64,000 nt of DNA from an uncultured Nitrospiraceae bacterium (GCA_963727805.1 CAVSHF010000003.1:352001-416000), one strand, 5' to 3'; shown: positions 31,941-42,973, numbered from the stretch's first letter. Made by a program: numbers and translations. Notes: generated from the letters alone by a model not told the origin.

Positions 31941-32393
31941 ATGATGAAGATCAACAAAATACTTTTCCCGACCGATTTTACCGAGGGAGCGCTTTCGGCG
32001 TTACCCTACGCTGTTGACCTAGCTAAAGCCTACAATGCAAAACTCTATCTCCTTCACGTTATCTATGATATGAGTGCTTCGACTGGTTTGCATGTTCCTC
32101 ATGCTTCCCTTGATGCAATGTACGAAGAGATGCAAAAGGGCGCGGAAAAAGAAATCGAAAAAGTCGGCGCCGAGATGAGAGTAGAATTGAAGAATGTTGA
32201 AACTCAGGTAGTCAGAGGGGTCCCCTATGAGGAGATTCGCAGATTCGCCCGCGAAAACGGAATGGATTTGATTATTATGGGCACCCACGGCAGAAGCGGG
32301 TTCGATAGAATAGTCTTTGGCAGTACCGCAGAAAAAGTAGTGAGGAACGCAGTGTGCCCAGTGCTGACCATCAGAACCCAGAAAGCTAAGTGA
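31941..32393 (+). CDS. Universal stress protein
   Basis: KILFPTDF, LLHV, IIMGTHGRSG, FGSTAEKVVR..CPVL. Confidence 0.93.
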   Translation: MMKINKILFPTDFTEGALSALPYAVDLAKAYNAKLYLLHVIYDMSASTGLHVPHASLDAMYEEMQKGAEKEIEKVGAEMRVELKNVETQVVRGVPYEEIRRFARENGMDLIIMGTHGRSGFDRIVFGSTAEKVVRNAVCPVLTIRTQKAK

Positions 32394-32425
32394 TTAAGTA
32401 AAGATTAATAACTAAAAGCTAACGT

Positions 32426-32465
32426 TAAAAGCCAAATCTGGCGGTTTCCTCAAATTTGGCTTTTA
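32426..32465. terminator. Probable bidirectional terminator between usp and nuoN
   Basis: TAAAAGCCAAAT...ATTTGGCTTTTA inverted repeat. Confidence 0.65.
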
Positions 32466-32469
32466 TGTA

Positions 32470-33849
32470 TTACAGGACGACAGATGGAGCGAGGCCGATG
32501 ACAAAAATCATGACTGCGCTGATAAAGAGGGCTGCCCCCAGTCCTAGAGAGGGCATGATTTCAACAGTCTCGCCAAGGGGCTTCATGTACATATTCATGA
32601 TGATCCTGAGGTAGAAATAAGCCGAGATGGCACTGAAGATTACCGCTATAACAACCAGCCACGTATATCCCGCATTGATTGCAGCCATGAATATATAGAA
32701 CTTGCCGATAAAGCCCGCCGTAGGAGGAATTCCCGTAAGAGAAAACATAAAGACGAGCATCAGGGCGGCGGCAAAAGGATGACTCTTTGAGAGGCCGTTA
32801 TAGTCAGCTATGTTTTCGCCTTTTTCCAGAAGAATAACAATGGCAAAGGCCCCCATGTTCATGAAGGTGTACACAAGAAGATATAGCATCATTGCGCTCA
32901 TGGCCTCATTAGTACCTGCTATGATCGCCAGAAGTATATACCCGGCATGCGCTATGGAAGAATATGCAAGCATCCTCTTGATGTTGGTCTGGGCAATTGC
33001 AAGGATATTGCCAACGGCCATGGTTAGTATTGCAATGATAATGAGGATCGTCGTCCAGTATGGTTCAAAGACCGGGAAGGCGGTAAAAAAGACCCTTCCC
33101 AAAACTGCGAAGGCTGCAGCCTTCGCTGCAGTGGACATGAAAGCGGTAATCGACGTAGGCGCGCCTTCATAAACATCGGGTGCCCACATGTGGAAAGGGA
33201 CTGCGGAAATCTTGAATGAAAAAGCTACGATGATCAGCACCATGCTCAACATAAGGGCTGGAGTGGCCTGAGTGGTTCTAATGTAGTCCGCAACTCGATA
33301 TATGTCAGTGGTTGTCGTCAACCCGTATAAAAGCGAAATACCGTACAGAAGAAGAGCCGTTGAGAAGGCGCCGAGAAGGAAATATTTCATGGCAGCCTCG
33401 CTAGAGCGAGGATCCTGCTTTTTTATTCCGCAAAGTATGTAGAGGCTTAGCGACATGAGTTCAAGACCCAAAAAAACAATAATAAGGTCTCTGGCCGATG
33501 CCATGAGCATCATCCCTGTTGCCGAAAAGAGCAAAAGGCTGTAATACTCACCGAAATCGGCATGTTCCGTTTGGAGATATCTCAAAGAGATCAGGATTGT
33601 CAGGATAAGACTTATGAGAATGATTGCCTTAAAATAGATACTGTATGTATCGCTGATAAACATGCCGCCGAAGGCCTCGCCGCGGAAGGAAGGCAGGAGG
33701 TAGATGGTGACAGCAGCGACGATGATGCCTATATATCCGAGAGGTCTTTTATTTTCGGCGATAAGCTCCATGAGGAGTAAAAGAGTCGCAGCAACGATCA
33801 TGATAATCTCGGGGATAACTGGTGTCAGATCGGGATAGGGAATGTTCAT
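32470..33849 (-). CDS. nuoN: Complex I subunit N
   Basis: EAAMKYF, FKISAVPFHMWAPDVYEGAP, KRMLAYSSIAH. Confidence 0.95.
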   Translation of the reverse strand: MNIPYPDLTPVIPEIIMIVAATLLLLMELIAENKRPLGYIGIIVAAVTIYLLPSFRGEAFGGMFISDTYSIYFKAIILISLILTILISLRYLQTEHADFGEYYSLLLFSATGMMLMASARDLIIVFLGLELMSLSLYILCGIKKQDPRSSEAAMKYFLLGAFSTALLLYGISLLYGLTTTTDIYRVADYIRTTQATPALMLSMVLIIVAFSFKISAVPFHMWAPDVYEGAPTSITAFMSTAAKAAAFAVLGRVFFTAFPVFEPYWTTILIIIAILTMAVGNILAIAQTNIKRMLAYSSIAHAGYILLAIIAGTNEAMSAMMLYLLVYTFMNMGAFAIVILLEKGENIADYNGLSKSHPFAAALMLVFMFSLTGIPPTAGFIGKFYIFMAAINAGYTWLVVIAVIFSAISAYFYLRIIMNMYMKPLGETVEIMPSLGLGAALFISAVMIFVIGLAPSVVL

Positions 33850-35486
33850 TTTACCACCTCGATGATCTGTTGGGCGATATTGGCCTGGCCTGCGCTGTTA
33901 AGTCGAGCTAACAGGTTCTGTACTGATACATCCATGAACCCAAGGAAAGTGTTGGGATATACACCTATCCAGAAGACAAGAATAACAAGCGGGAGTACCG
34001 TAAGGATTTCTCGTGTACCGATGTCTCGGAAGCCGTGACCGAGAAGTCCCGGGTTCGTATCGACGAAAAAGATATTCTGATAAAGCCAGAGCATATAAGC
34101 CGCACCGATTATAACACCGGTGGCTGCGAAGACACCCAGGACTTTTGATGCCGTGAATCCCCCTAAAAGGATCAGAAACTCACCGATAAAGCCATTTGTT
34201 CCGGGCAGTCCTATGGAAGCCAATGTAAAGATCATGAATATTGCGGAATAAACCGGCAAAAGTGACGCAGCACCGCCGTAATCGGCTATACGCCGTGTAT
34301 GGGTCCGTTCATAGACGATACCGACGAGTAAGAACAAACCGCCGGTTACGATTCCGTGGTTGATCATCTGAAGTATGCCACCCTGGACGCCCTGCGTATT
34401 CATAGCGAAGATACCAAGGGTTACAAACCCCATATGGCTAACCGAGCTGTAGGCTATCAAACGCTTCAAGTCTGTTTGTCCCAGACAAATGATGGCACCG
34501 TATATGATTGCTATTACCGAAAGGACCATCATCGCCGGCGCGAGGGCCTTCGAAGCCTCCGGGAACATTGGTAAATTGAATCGCAGAAATCCGTAAGCGC
34601 CCATTTTTATAAGAATTCCTGCAAGGATGACGCTGCCCGCAGTCGGTGCTTCGGTATGCGCATCGGGCAGCCAGGTATGGACAGGAAACATTGGGACCTT
34701 TACGGCAAAGGCAGAAAAGAAGGCCCAAAAAAGAATCATCTGGAGATGAAAGGGATAATCTGTCGACATCATTCGAAGCATGTCGAAGGACCGGTCTGTT
34801 GCGAAATAGAGCACGATAATACCGACGAGCATCAATACGCTTCCGACCAAGGTGAAGAGGAAAAACTTGATGGCTGCATATATCCTGTTCGGTCCTCCCC
34901 AGACGCCGACGATAAGATACATCGGTATAAGCATTGCCTCCCAGAAGATGTAGAAAAGAAAGAGATCGAGGCTGCAAAAGACACCGATCATTGAACCCTC
35001 GATGATAAGCAGGGCTGCATAGAACTCCTTGGTCCGGTCCTGGATACTTGTCCATGAGACGGTAACGCAAAGTATGGTTAGCAGGGCTGACAGGAGAATG
35101 AACAACACGCTTATGCCGTCGACTCCGATATAGTACTCACTCGACCATGCCGGGATCCACGAATACCGTTCGACGAACTGCATCTTTGCGGTGGTCTTGT
35201 CAAAATTGGTATAGAGAGGAAGGCTCAGCAAAAATGTCGTGCAACTAACGATGAGCGCTGTCCACCGGATAAGTGTCTCGTGCTGACGGTTTGAAAGGAT
35301 AATACAAAAAGCACCGAGGATAGGCAGAAAGATCAGTGTTGAAAGCACGGGATAGTTAAGGGCCTGTGCTAATTCAGCCCCCGCAAAGATCAGCAGGGCG
35401 AGCATCGGAATCATGGCCGCAGTTCTCATGAGAGGATGGTTTGATGTGGGCGCTTCAGTTGCTGCGGGGTGGCTCGCATGCCCCAT
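33846..35486 (-). CDS. nuoM: Complex I subunit M (with N-terminal extension)
   Basis: FWEAMLIP, KVPMFPVHTWLPDAH, KMGAYG, LPGTNGFIGE. Confidence 0.95.
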   Translation of the reverse strand: MGHASHPAATEAPTSNHPLMRTAAMIPMLALLIFAGAELAQALNYPVLSTLIFLPILGAFCIILSNRQHETLIRWTALIVSCTTFLLSLPLYTNFDKTTAKMQFVERYSWIPAWSSEYYIGVDGISVLFILLSALLTILCVTVSWTSIQDRTKEFYAALLIIEGSMIGVFCSLDLFLFYIFWEAMLIPMYLIVGVWGGPNRIYAAIKFFLFTLVGSVLMLVGIIVLYFATDRSFDMLRMMSTDYPFHLQMILFWAFFSAFAVKVPMFPVHTWLPDAHTEAPTAGSVILAGILIKMGAYGFLRFNLPMFPEASKALAPAMMVLSVIAIIYGAIICLGQTDLKRLIAYSSVSHMGFVTLGIFAMNTQGVQGGILQMINHGIVTGGLFLLVGIVYERTHTRRIADYGGAASLLPVYSAIFMIFTLASIGLPGTNGFIGEFLILLGGFTASKVLGVFAATGVIIGAAYMLWLYQNIFFVDTNPGLLGHGFRDIGTREILTVLPLVILVFWIGVYPNTFLGFMDVSVQNLLARLNSAGQANIAQQIIEVVK

Positions 35487-35534
35487 ATTTAATAATTCCT
35501 CCTATGATCGTTCAATTTCAATATGTCTAACATA

Positions 35535-37460
35535 TTACTTGGTGACCAGTATGAGTACCAGCGTCAGAAAAAAGAAAAAGCCAACGCACATTCCGATCGC
35601 ATAATGCTGCAGATTTCCGGTCTGGATCTTCCTCAGATTCTCACCGAAAACCGCAATCCATCTTGGGACACCATTTACGATTCCTTCGATAATCTTCCCG
35701 TCGGTGACGGCTACAAGGATATTGGTTGCCATCCACATGACAGGTCGCACAATAATGAAATCATAGAGCTCATCGACATAATATTTGTTCCATAATACCG
35801 TATAGACCGCCTTGAACTTCGATCCAAGGATTTTGGGCAGTTCGGGCTGCCACAGGTAAAATAGCATCGATGTGAGAATTCCGCCGACGGCGACGGCAAC
35901 TGAGATTCCCATGACCATCCATTCTTCAGAGTGCGAACCGTGTACGTGCGGATGGCCAACTGCCTTCTCGAGAAAATGGGCAACCCAGTTGTTTCCGCCG
36001 AGAAGCGGAGATACGCCGATCCAACCGGCAGCGACTGCCCCAACACCTAGAATTAGAAGGGGAACTGTCATTGACGAAGGAGATTCATGCAGATGGTGTT
36101 CGAGTTCGCGACCGCCACGGAACGAGCCGAAAAATGCTAGCCATATTATCCTGAAGCTATAGAATGCTGTAATGCCTGCCACCAGCGTGCCCATTACCCA
36201 TACGATCTTGCCTACCGTCCCTCCGTTATAGGCAAGCCATAGTATCTCGTCTTTGCTGAAGAAACCTGCAAGGCCCGGAATGCCGGCAATGCTGAGAGAT
36301 GCTATCAGGAATGTCCAGAAGGTCAGCGGCATATACTTTCGAAGACCGCCCATTTTCTGGATGTCGAGTTCTCCCTGCATTGCATGCATCACGCTGCCCG
36401 CTCCAAGGAAGAGCAGGGCCTTGAAAAAGGCATGTGTATAGAGATGAAAAACACCTGCTCCATAAGCGCCAACACCGCATGCAAGAAACATATACCCGAG
36501 CTGGCTGCACGTTGAATAGGCTATGATTCTCTTGATATCGTTTTGGACGAGTGCGATGGTTGCGGCAAAGAGGCTTGTAACTGCCCCGGTAATTGCTACA
36601 ACAGCCATGGCCGTGGGCGAAAGATTGAATAGCGGACTGAAACGCGCCACCATAAATACACCTGCCGTTACCATCGTCGCTGCATGGATGAGTGCGCTGA
36701 CCGGTGTAGGACCTTCCATCGCATCGGGCAACCACACGTGAAGCGGTATCTGTGCCGATTTGCCCGCAGCCCCGCAGAACAGAAGCAAGGCGATAAGAGT
36801 TATAAGGTCAACATTAAAGCCGAGCAGACTAATGGTCTGGCCCTGAAGCGTACCAACCTTGGCGAAGATATCGGAATACTGTATGGAGCCGATAAAAAGA
36901 AAGAGCATAAAGACACCGAGGCCAAACCCGAAATCGCCGAAACGGTTGACGATGAAGGCCTTTTTCCCGGCATCTGCAGCACTTTTCTTCTCATACCAAA
37001 AGCCGATCAGGAAATAGGAACAGAGGCCCACCGCCTCCCATCCGAAATAGAGCTGAAGAAGGTTGTTACCCATGACGAGCATGAGCATCGAGAACGTGAA
37101 GAGACTGAGATAGGAGAAGAAACGGTAAAATCCGGTGTCTCCGTGCATATAGCCGACAGAGTAAATATGCACCAGGAGGCTTACCGTAGTTACAACGATA
37201 AGCATTATGGCGCTGAGTTGATCAATAAGGAAGCCGACGCTTACTTTGAACGAGCCTGAAAGTACCCAGGTATAGACATCATAGTTCTGAGTCTTACCGC
37301 TTACGACTTCGAAAAAGGTAACCACTGAAATAAGAAATGATCCAAAGACCGCCAGGATTGCTATCCAAGCGGCACGATCTTTAATCAGAAACTTTCCGAA
37401 TATGATATTAATGGTAAAGGCTGCCAGTGGAAGAAGTGGGATGAGTACATATTTATCCAT
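35535..37460 (-). CDS. nuoL: Complex I subunit L
   Basis: GKSAQ.PLHVWLPDAMEGPTP, HAFFKALLFL, FFSKDE. Confidence 0.96.
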   Translation of the reverse strand: MDKYVLIPLLPLAAFTINIIFGKFLIKDRAAWIAILAVFGSFLISVVTFFEVVSGKTQNYDVYTWVLSGSFKVSVGFLIDQLSAIMLIVVTTVSLLVHIYSVGYMHGDTGFYRFFSYLSLFTFSMLMLVMGNNLLQLYFGWEAVGLCSYFLIGFWYEKKSAADAGKKAFIVNRFGDFGFGLGVFMLFLFIGSIQYSDIFAKVGTLQGQTISLLGFNVDLITLIALLLFCGAAGKSAQIPLHVWLPDAMEGPTPVSALIHAATMVTAGVFMVARFSPLFNLSPTAMAVVAITGAVTSLFAATIALVQNDIKRIIAYSTCSQLGYMFLACGVGAYGAGVFHLYTHAFFKALLFLGAGSVMHAMQGELDIQKMGGLRKYMPLTFWTFLIASLSIAGIPGLAGFFSKDEILWLAYNGGTVGKIVWVMGTLVAGITAFYSFRIIWLAFFGSFRGGRELEHHLHESPSSMTVPLLILGVGAVAAGWIGVSPLLGGNNWVAHFLEKAVGHPHVHGSHSEEWMVMGISVAVAVGGILTSMLFYLWQPELPKILGSKFKAVYTVLWNKYYVDELYDFIIVRPVMWMATNILVAVTDGKIIEGIVNGVPRWIAVFGENLRKIQTGNLQHYAIGMCVGFFFFLTLVLILVTK

Positions 37461-37470
37461 TATCCGGGCC

Positions 37471-37773
37471 TTATCCTTTCATTTCGGTGATTTCAGTGGT
37501 ATGGACGGCGCCCTTGTTCCTGACAAGAACAACGAGTATAGCCAGACCTATTGCAGCCTCTGCCGCGGCCACGGTGATGATAAAAATCGCGAATATCTGC
37601 CCCCTCAAGTCCTGCAGATAGTGGCTAAAGGCCACAAGACTGATATTAGTGGCATTCAGCATAAGTTCAACACAGATGAGCATGATGATGAGGTTCCTCC
37701 TGATCATGAACCCGATCGCGCCGATCACGAAGATCACTGCGCTCAATCCTATATACCATTCGAGAGGTACCAT
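37471..37773 (-). CDS. nuoK: Complex I subunit K
   Basis: ELMLNA, AAAEAAIGLA. Confidence 0.95.
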   Translation of the reverse strand: MVPLEWYIGLSAVIFVIGAIGFMIRRNLIIMLICVELMLNATNISLVAFSHYLQDLRGQIFAIFIITVAAAEAAIGLAILVVLVRNKGAVHTTEITEMKG

Positions 37774-37782
37774 TATACGCTC

Positions 37783-38295
37783 CTATTTTTTCTTGGCGAG
37801 CACCATGGCTCCCACGATTGCTATAAGTAAAATAAGTGATGCTATCTCGAAGGGAAAAAGGTATTCGGTGTATAACACCTTTCCCAGGATTTTGGTATTG
37901 GTTTCGCTCTTGATCGCCTCGATTGAGTACTGCCCGATAGGACCTTTTACAAAGTTCATGGTTGTAAAGAAAACGAGGAGCAGAAGGGACAGTCCCAAGG
38001 CGAGGCTGATCGGCCATTCCTCGATAAAGGGCTCGTAAGCAACTTCCCACTTGAGGTTCAGCATCGTGATAACAAAGAGGAATAGTACGAGAATAGCACC
38101 CGCATAAAGGACTACTTGAACAGCGGCCAGAAATTCGGCATTCAAAAAGAGGTAGAGGGCTGCGATATGGAAGAAGAGCGCCATCATGAACAAAACGCTA
38201 TGAATTGGGTTCTTCCTTGTTATCACGAGAACGGACAAAATCGTCATCGATATAGCGAAATACGCAAAGATAATCACCGACAGCATATTAGGCAT
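37783..38295 (-). CDS. nuoJ: Complex I subunit J
   Basis: NPIHS, AEFLAAVQ..YAGA, PFEIASLILL; start could be 38286. Confidence 0.93.
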   Translation of the reverse strand: MPNMLSVIIFAYFAISMTILSVLVITRKNPIHSVLFMMALFFHIAALYLFLNAEFLAAVQVVLYAGAILVLFLFVITMLNLKWEVAYEPFIEEWPISLALGLSLLLLVFFTTMNFVKGPIGQYSIEAIKSETNTKILGKVLYTEYLFPFEIASLILLIAIVGAMVLAKKK

Positions 38296-38953
38296 TCTCC
38301 TTGCTCTGAGTTATTTCTGCTGGTTTCTCTTCCGGCTTCTGCACTGCCGGTTTATGTTCTTCAGGTTTTTTCTCTTCCGGTGCCGCAGGTACTGCCCTAA
38401 GAGGGATCGGTGCTTGTTCCCTTTTTGCCTTCGGCATCTTGGAGATATCTACACCTTCTGGTCTCCAGAATTTGTTCCAGTATTCATCGGCATCAAGTTT
38501 CGCGACAAAATCATCCCAGTTCTTGAGCATTTTTTCTTTGTTAAAGTAAATATCATCCTTGGATGTTGAGACGTACGCATAATCTTCGGTCAGCGTGAGG
38601 GCGCATACGGGACAGACCTCGACACAATATCCGCAATAGATACACCTGAGTGCTTCGATGTCGTACTGTTCAAGGAATGGCTTGTTGTTCGCATCCCGGC
38701 CCTTCTTGATGTAAATGCATTGCGATGGACATATGTTCGAGCATTTCATGCACATTATGCATTTCTCTTTGCCGGTCTTGGGATTTCTCACAAAGGCATG
38801 TTTTCCTCTGAACCCAGGGTAAATCTTTCTTTTTTCTTCAGGGTACTGTATCGTGACAGGTTTGGAGAACATCATCTTCAGGGTGAGTGTCATCCCCTTT
38901 ATAGTGTCTATGAACAATGCTCGCCTGATGATGTCCTTCGCTGTCACAGTCAC
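38288..38953 (-). CDS. nuoI: Complex I subunit I (2x[4Fe-4S])
   Basis: TIQYPEE, CIMCMKC..CP, CIYCGYC..CP; low-complexity C-terminal tail. Confidence 0.93.
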   Translation of the reverse strand: MTVTAKDIIRRALFIDTIKGMTLTLKMMFSKPVTIQYPEEKRKIYPGFRGKHAFVRNPKTGKEKCIMCMKCSNICPSQCIYIKKGRDANNKPFLEQYDIEALRCIYCGYCVEVCPVCALTLTEDYAYVSTSKDDIYFNKEKMLKNWDDFVAKLDADEYWNKFWRPEGVDISKMPKAKREQAPIPLRAVPAAPEEKKPEEHKPAVQKPEEKPAEITQSKENA

Positions 38954-38959
38954 ATCCCC

Positions 38960-40006
38960 TTAACTGATATATTTGACGATTGCGGTTATTACTATGTTCA
39001 CGAGGGAAAGGGGGATTAGCACTTTCCATCCCAGGCTCATGAGGTGGTCATACCTGAAGCGCGGCACTGTAGCTCTTACCCAATAGTAAAGAAATAGATG
39101 ACAGTAGACTTTAAGAAGGAACCATACGACCCCCGGAACAAAAGAGAGGAAGGGGAACGTTGTCATTATTATCGGAGGAAGTGTCCAGCCGCCCCAGAAG
39201 CAGGTTACGGCGATACAGGACATGACGATCATAGCCGTGTATTCCCCCATGAAGAAAAGGGCGAATCGCATTCCGCTGTACTCGACGAAATAGCCCGCGA
39301 CGAGCTCGCTTTCGGCCTCGGGAAGATCGAAGGGGGTCCTGTTCGTTTCTGCGAAGGCACAAATCATAAAGATGATATACGCGAAAAATTGAGGAATGAT
39401 ATACATGCCGTACCAGTGCTTCTGCTGGGCCTCAACAATCTCTACAAGATTGAGCGTTCCTGAAAGGATCATTATCCCGACCAGGCTCAGGGCAAGCGCG
39501 ATTTCGTAGCTGACGACTTGGGCTGCGGACCGAAGACCGCCGAGGAACGCATATTTTGAATTCGACGACCAGCCCGACATGATGATTCCATAAGCGCCCA
39601 GCGATGACATGGCGAAGAGGTAAAGCAGGCCAACATTAATGTTGGCGATAATGAACCAGTTGCAAAAAGGGATCACGGCGAGAGCGCTGACAGCTGCGAA
39701 GATGGAAATCATTGGAGCGAGCTGAAAGACTACCTTGTCTCCGCTGCTCGGTATGATGTCCTCTTTAAAGAAGAGTTTGACCCCGTCGGCAATGGGCTGG
39801 AGAAGGCCATGGAATCCCGTTTTCATCGGGCCCAGGCGCACCTGCATATGACCGATGATCTTTCTTTCCCACCATGTGGAATAGGCAACGTGGAGCATTG
39901 CCGCGGAGAAAACGACGACAATTTGTACGAGCGTGAAAACTATCTGCACGTAGATATTCGTCTTTTGTATCCCCAGAAACCCGTAAAAGGAACTAATAAT
40001 ATCCAT
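38960..40006 (-). CDS. nuoH: Complex I subunit H
   Basis: ERKIIG.MQ.R.GP, SNSKY, ETNRTPFDLPEAESEL. Confidence 0.96.
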   Translation of the reverse strand: MDIISSFYGFLGIQKTNIYVQIVFTLVQIVVVFSAAMLHVAYSTWWERKIIGHMQVRLGPMKTGFHGLLQPIADGVKLFFKEDIIPSSGDKVVFQLAPMISIFAAVSALAVIPFCNWFIIANINVGLLYLFAMSSLGAYGIIMSGWSSNSKYAFLGGLRSAAQVVSYEIALALSLVGIMILSGTLNLVEIVEAQQKHWYGMYIIPQFFAYIIFMICAFAETNRTPFDLPEAESELVAGYFVEYSGMRFALFFMGEYTAMIVMSCIAVTCFWGGWTLPPIIMTTFPFLSFVPGVVWFLLKVYCHLFLYYWVRATVPRFRYDHLMSLGWKVLIPLSLVNIVITAIVKYIS

Positions 40007-40021
40007 TATTCATCACCTGCT

Positions 40022-41206
40022 TTACCTGTCACACTCTCCGAGCACGATATCTATCGTCCCGATGTTCGCGATAACGTCTGCAACAAGCGAACCTTCACAC
40101 AATTTAGGCAGTACCGAAGCATGTACAAAGGATGGTGATCTGATCTTCATCCGGTAAGGTCGGCCCGATCCGTCGCCGACTATATAAAACCCGAGTTCGC
40201 CTTTCGGCACTTCAATTGCGGCGTACATCTCGTCAAAAGGTTCCTGCGGTTCCTGCTCTTCTACCTCGCCTGGAAGGAGTTCACCCATGGGATGTCCCGG
40301 TATGATGCGCGGTTTGCCTGCAAGCAAATCATACGCCGGAGCTTCAGGGGCTAGGACAAGTCCACCGGGCAGTTTGTCAAGGCACTGACGGATAATTTTG
40401 ACAGACTCTCTGAATTCGATCATCCGGCATCGGTATCTGTCATATACATCGCAGTTAGTGCCAACGGGGACATCAAACTCGACCTGATCATAAGCATCGT
40501 AAGGTGCAAATTTCCTTACATCATAAGGAACTCCTGAACCTCTGAGGGTAGGGCCAGTCAAGCCCCAGTTGATAGCGTCCTCAGCGGATATAACGCCTAC
40601 GCCCTTAGTCCTCTGGAGCCAGATCGGGTTCTGATCGATCAGGGTCTCATATTCAAGAATTCTTTTGGGAAAATCATCGATAAATTTGTAACAGCTGTCG
40701 ATAAATTCCTGATTGATATCACAACGCACGCCTCCGATCCTCGGATAGGTGACTGTCAATCGTGCCCCGCACGTCATCTCGTAAAGGTCGAGGATCCATT
40801 CCCTGTCTCTCATCCCATAGAGGAAAACTGTCATAGCGCCGATATCGAGGGCATGGGTCGCGATCCAGACAATATGGTTAGAGATCCTTGTCAGTTCTCC
40901 CATGATCGTCCTAATATATTTGGCCCTTTCAGGAATTTCTATACCGAGGAGCTTCTCTACCGCCACGCAAAAACCTATATTATTTGACATGCTGGAAACA
41001 TAATCGAGCCTGTCAGTGAGGGGAAGGGCCATCGGATAAGTCCTGTTTTCGGCGAGCTTTTCGGTCCCCCGGTGGAGGTAACCAACATGCGGCGTGCAGC
41101 GAACTACTGTCTCACCGTCAAGTTCGAGGACCAGGCGCAGGACGCCATGGGTAGCGGGATGCTGAGGTCCCATGTTTATAGAAAGTTCTTTCTTCTTTAA
41201 AACCAT
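40022..41206 (-). CDS. nuoD: Complex I subunit D
   Basis: [28 protein letters not shown]; no NiFe-binding CxxC pairs. Confidence 0.96.
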   Translation of the reverse strand: MVLKKKELSINMGPQHPATHGVLRLVLELDGETVVRCTPHVGYLHRGTEKLAENRTYPMALPLTDRLDYVSSMSNNIGFCVAVEKLLGIEIPERAKYIRTIMGELTRISNHIVWIATHALDIGAMTVFLYGMRDREWILDLYEMTCGARLTVTYPRIGGVRCDINQEFIDSCYKFIDDFPKRILEYETLIDQNPIWLQRTKGVGVISAEDAINWGLTGPTLRGSGVPYDVRKFAPYDAYDQVEFDVPVGTNCDVYDRYRCRMIEFRESVKIIRQCLDKLPGGLVLAPEAPAYDLLAGKPRIIPGHPMGELLPGEVEEQEPQEPFDEMYAAIEVPKGELGFYIVGDGSGRPYRMKIRSPSFVHASVLPKLCEGSLVADVIANIGTIDIVLGECDR

Positions 41207-41743
41207 TCAGCGCACCTCATAAATCTTGTTTCTTTGGGCAGTTTCGATGACCTCTTTGAAGCCATTCCACTCTTTTTCACCGAGGTCGCTCTTTATGGGG
41301 TAATCCTTCCGTAACGGATAGCCCTCCCAATCATCGGGCATGAGAACTCTTCGCAGATCGGGATGATTCTTAAAGGTGATTCCGAACATATCGTAGCACT
41401 CCCGCTCATGCCAGTTGGCGCCAGCCCATATCCCGACTACACTGTCGATCGAGCAATCACTCTCAGTAACGAAAGCTTTTATCCTAATTTGATGGTTGTG
41501 TTTGATTGAAAAAAGATTGTATACCACTTCGAATCGATGATCTTTTCTGCCGAGGTAATCGACTCCGCAGAGATCTGCAAGATAGTCGAAGGAAAGATCT
41601 GGGGAATCATGCAGATAGGACATTATCTCAAAGATACGTTCTTTTTTGACTAAAACAGAAAACTGATCACGGAAGGCTAAAATCTCTATAACTTCCGAGT
41701 GAAATTGTGACTTTACGATTTCAGCTATTTCCTGAGGTGACAT
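41207..41743 (-). CDS. nuoC: Complex I subunit C
   Basis: ANWHERE.YDMFGI, HPDLRR, PLRKDYP. Confidence 0.95.
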   Translation of the reverse strand: MSPQEIAEIVKSQFHSEVIEILAFRDQFSVLVKKERIFEIMSYLHDSPDLSFDYLADLCGVDYLGRKDHRFEVVYNLFSIKHNHQIRIKAFVTESDCSIDSVVGIWAGANWHERECYDMFGITFKNHPDLRRVLMPDDWEGYPLRKDYPIKSDLGEKEWNGFKEVIETAQRNKIYEVR

Positions 41744-41744
41744 G

Positions 41745-42266
41745 TTATCTCCACCTGCTCCATTTGAAATGTTCTTTGCTTATCAATTCCTGCAGCTTGA
41801 TAAGGCCGTCGATAAGGGCTTCAGGTCTCGGCGGGCATCCGGGAATAAAGACGTCTACCGGCAATATAGTATCAACTCCCTGGACTGTACTATAAGTATT
41901 GTAAATCCCACCACTGCATGCACAGCTTCCCATCGCGATCACATATCGCGGCTCGGGCATCTGATCATAAACCATTCTGACTACAGGGGCCATCTTTTTT
42001 GTCAATGTACCGGCTATAATTATGGCATCGGACTGTCTCGGCGAGCCTCTGAAAACAACTCCGAAACGGTCAAGATCATAATGTGAAGCCCCGGTTGCCA
42101 TCATCTCGATAGCGCAGCAAGCAAGGCCGAAGGTCATAGGCCATATAGACGATTTGCGTCCCCAGTTCACGAGTTTATCCACGGAGGCAATAATGGTATT
42201 GGCGCCGGGGATTACCTTAATCCCTTCCTCTACTTCAATAAGGGTAGTAGTGCCGTCAATGATCAT
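41745..42266 (-). CDS. nuoB: Complex I subunit B
   Basis: [27 protein letters not shown]. Confidence 0.96.
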   Translation of the reverse strand: MIIDGTTTLIEVEEGIKVIPGANTIIASVDKLVNWGRKSSIWPMTFGLACCAIEMMATGASHYDLDRFGVVFRGSPRQSDAIIIAGTLTKKMAPVVRMVYDQMPEPRYVIAMGSCACSGGIYNTYSTVQGVDTILPVDVFIPGCPPRPEALIDGLIKLQELISKEHFKWSRWR

Positions 42267-42281
42267 TGCAATACCTCTTAA

Positions 42282-42659
42282 TTACCATTGGAATGCCTCC
42301 TTCTTCCACGCATAGACGTATCCTACCAGAAGGATAACCATGAAAAGCATCATTTCGATCAATGCATAAAGACCGATTTTGTCGAACACCAAGGCCCATG
42401 GATAAAGAAACACAGCTTCAACGTCGAATACTACAAAGAGCATTGCGATAATATAGAATTTTATGCTGAAACGTTCCCTGGGTTCCCCAACAGGTGGGTT
42501 GCCTGATTCGTAGATCTGAAGTTTTTCCTTGTAAGGTCGCCTGAGGCGCATGATACTTCCGACAAGGATAACTCCGCCGGAGAAAATAATAGAGAAAAGC
42601 ATGATGAGCAGTACAGGAAGATATTCTGTCGGTATGTACGATCCGGGCATAACCATCAT
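42282..42659 (-). CDS. nuoA: Complex I subunit A
   Basis: YESG, FY..AMLFVVFDVE..FLYPWA. Confidence 0.95.
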   Translation of the reverse strand: MMVMPGSYIPTEYLPVLLIMLFSIIFSGGVILVGSIMRLRRPYKEKLQIYESGNPPVGEPRERFSIKFYIIAMLFVVFDVEAVFLYPWALVFDKIGLYALIEMMLFMVILLVGYVYAWKKEAFQW

Positions 42660-42973
42660 TCAATTTCCTTTAATAAAAATTTACTGGGTCATCCAAATTC
42701 GTGAGGCCTATAATGATTATTTTAAGTGGGGATTGTCAAGGAAATCCGAGGTTCGCAGCAATTGAAATAATTTATAACTGGATAAGCTGAATTAAGATGT
42801 GGTAAAAACATTGATACTTATAGTTGTATCCCATTGCGAGGTATCTATGTTTTTTACTTGTCTTCGACCGACCGGCCACCTTCGGGCTAATAGGATTAAC
42901 CTATGGCGAAGGAGCAGTGCAAAACGATGGGAGCAGGGTGCTTGACCTGAGGTTTGAGAATATCAGGATATTC

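Noticed and set aside
40022..42266. Group 4 membrane-bound NiFe hydrogenase
   Set aside because: The large subunit lacks both Ni-binding CxxC motifs, and NuoB has the tandem CC of complex I
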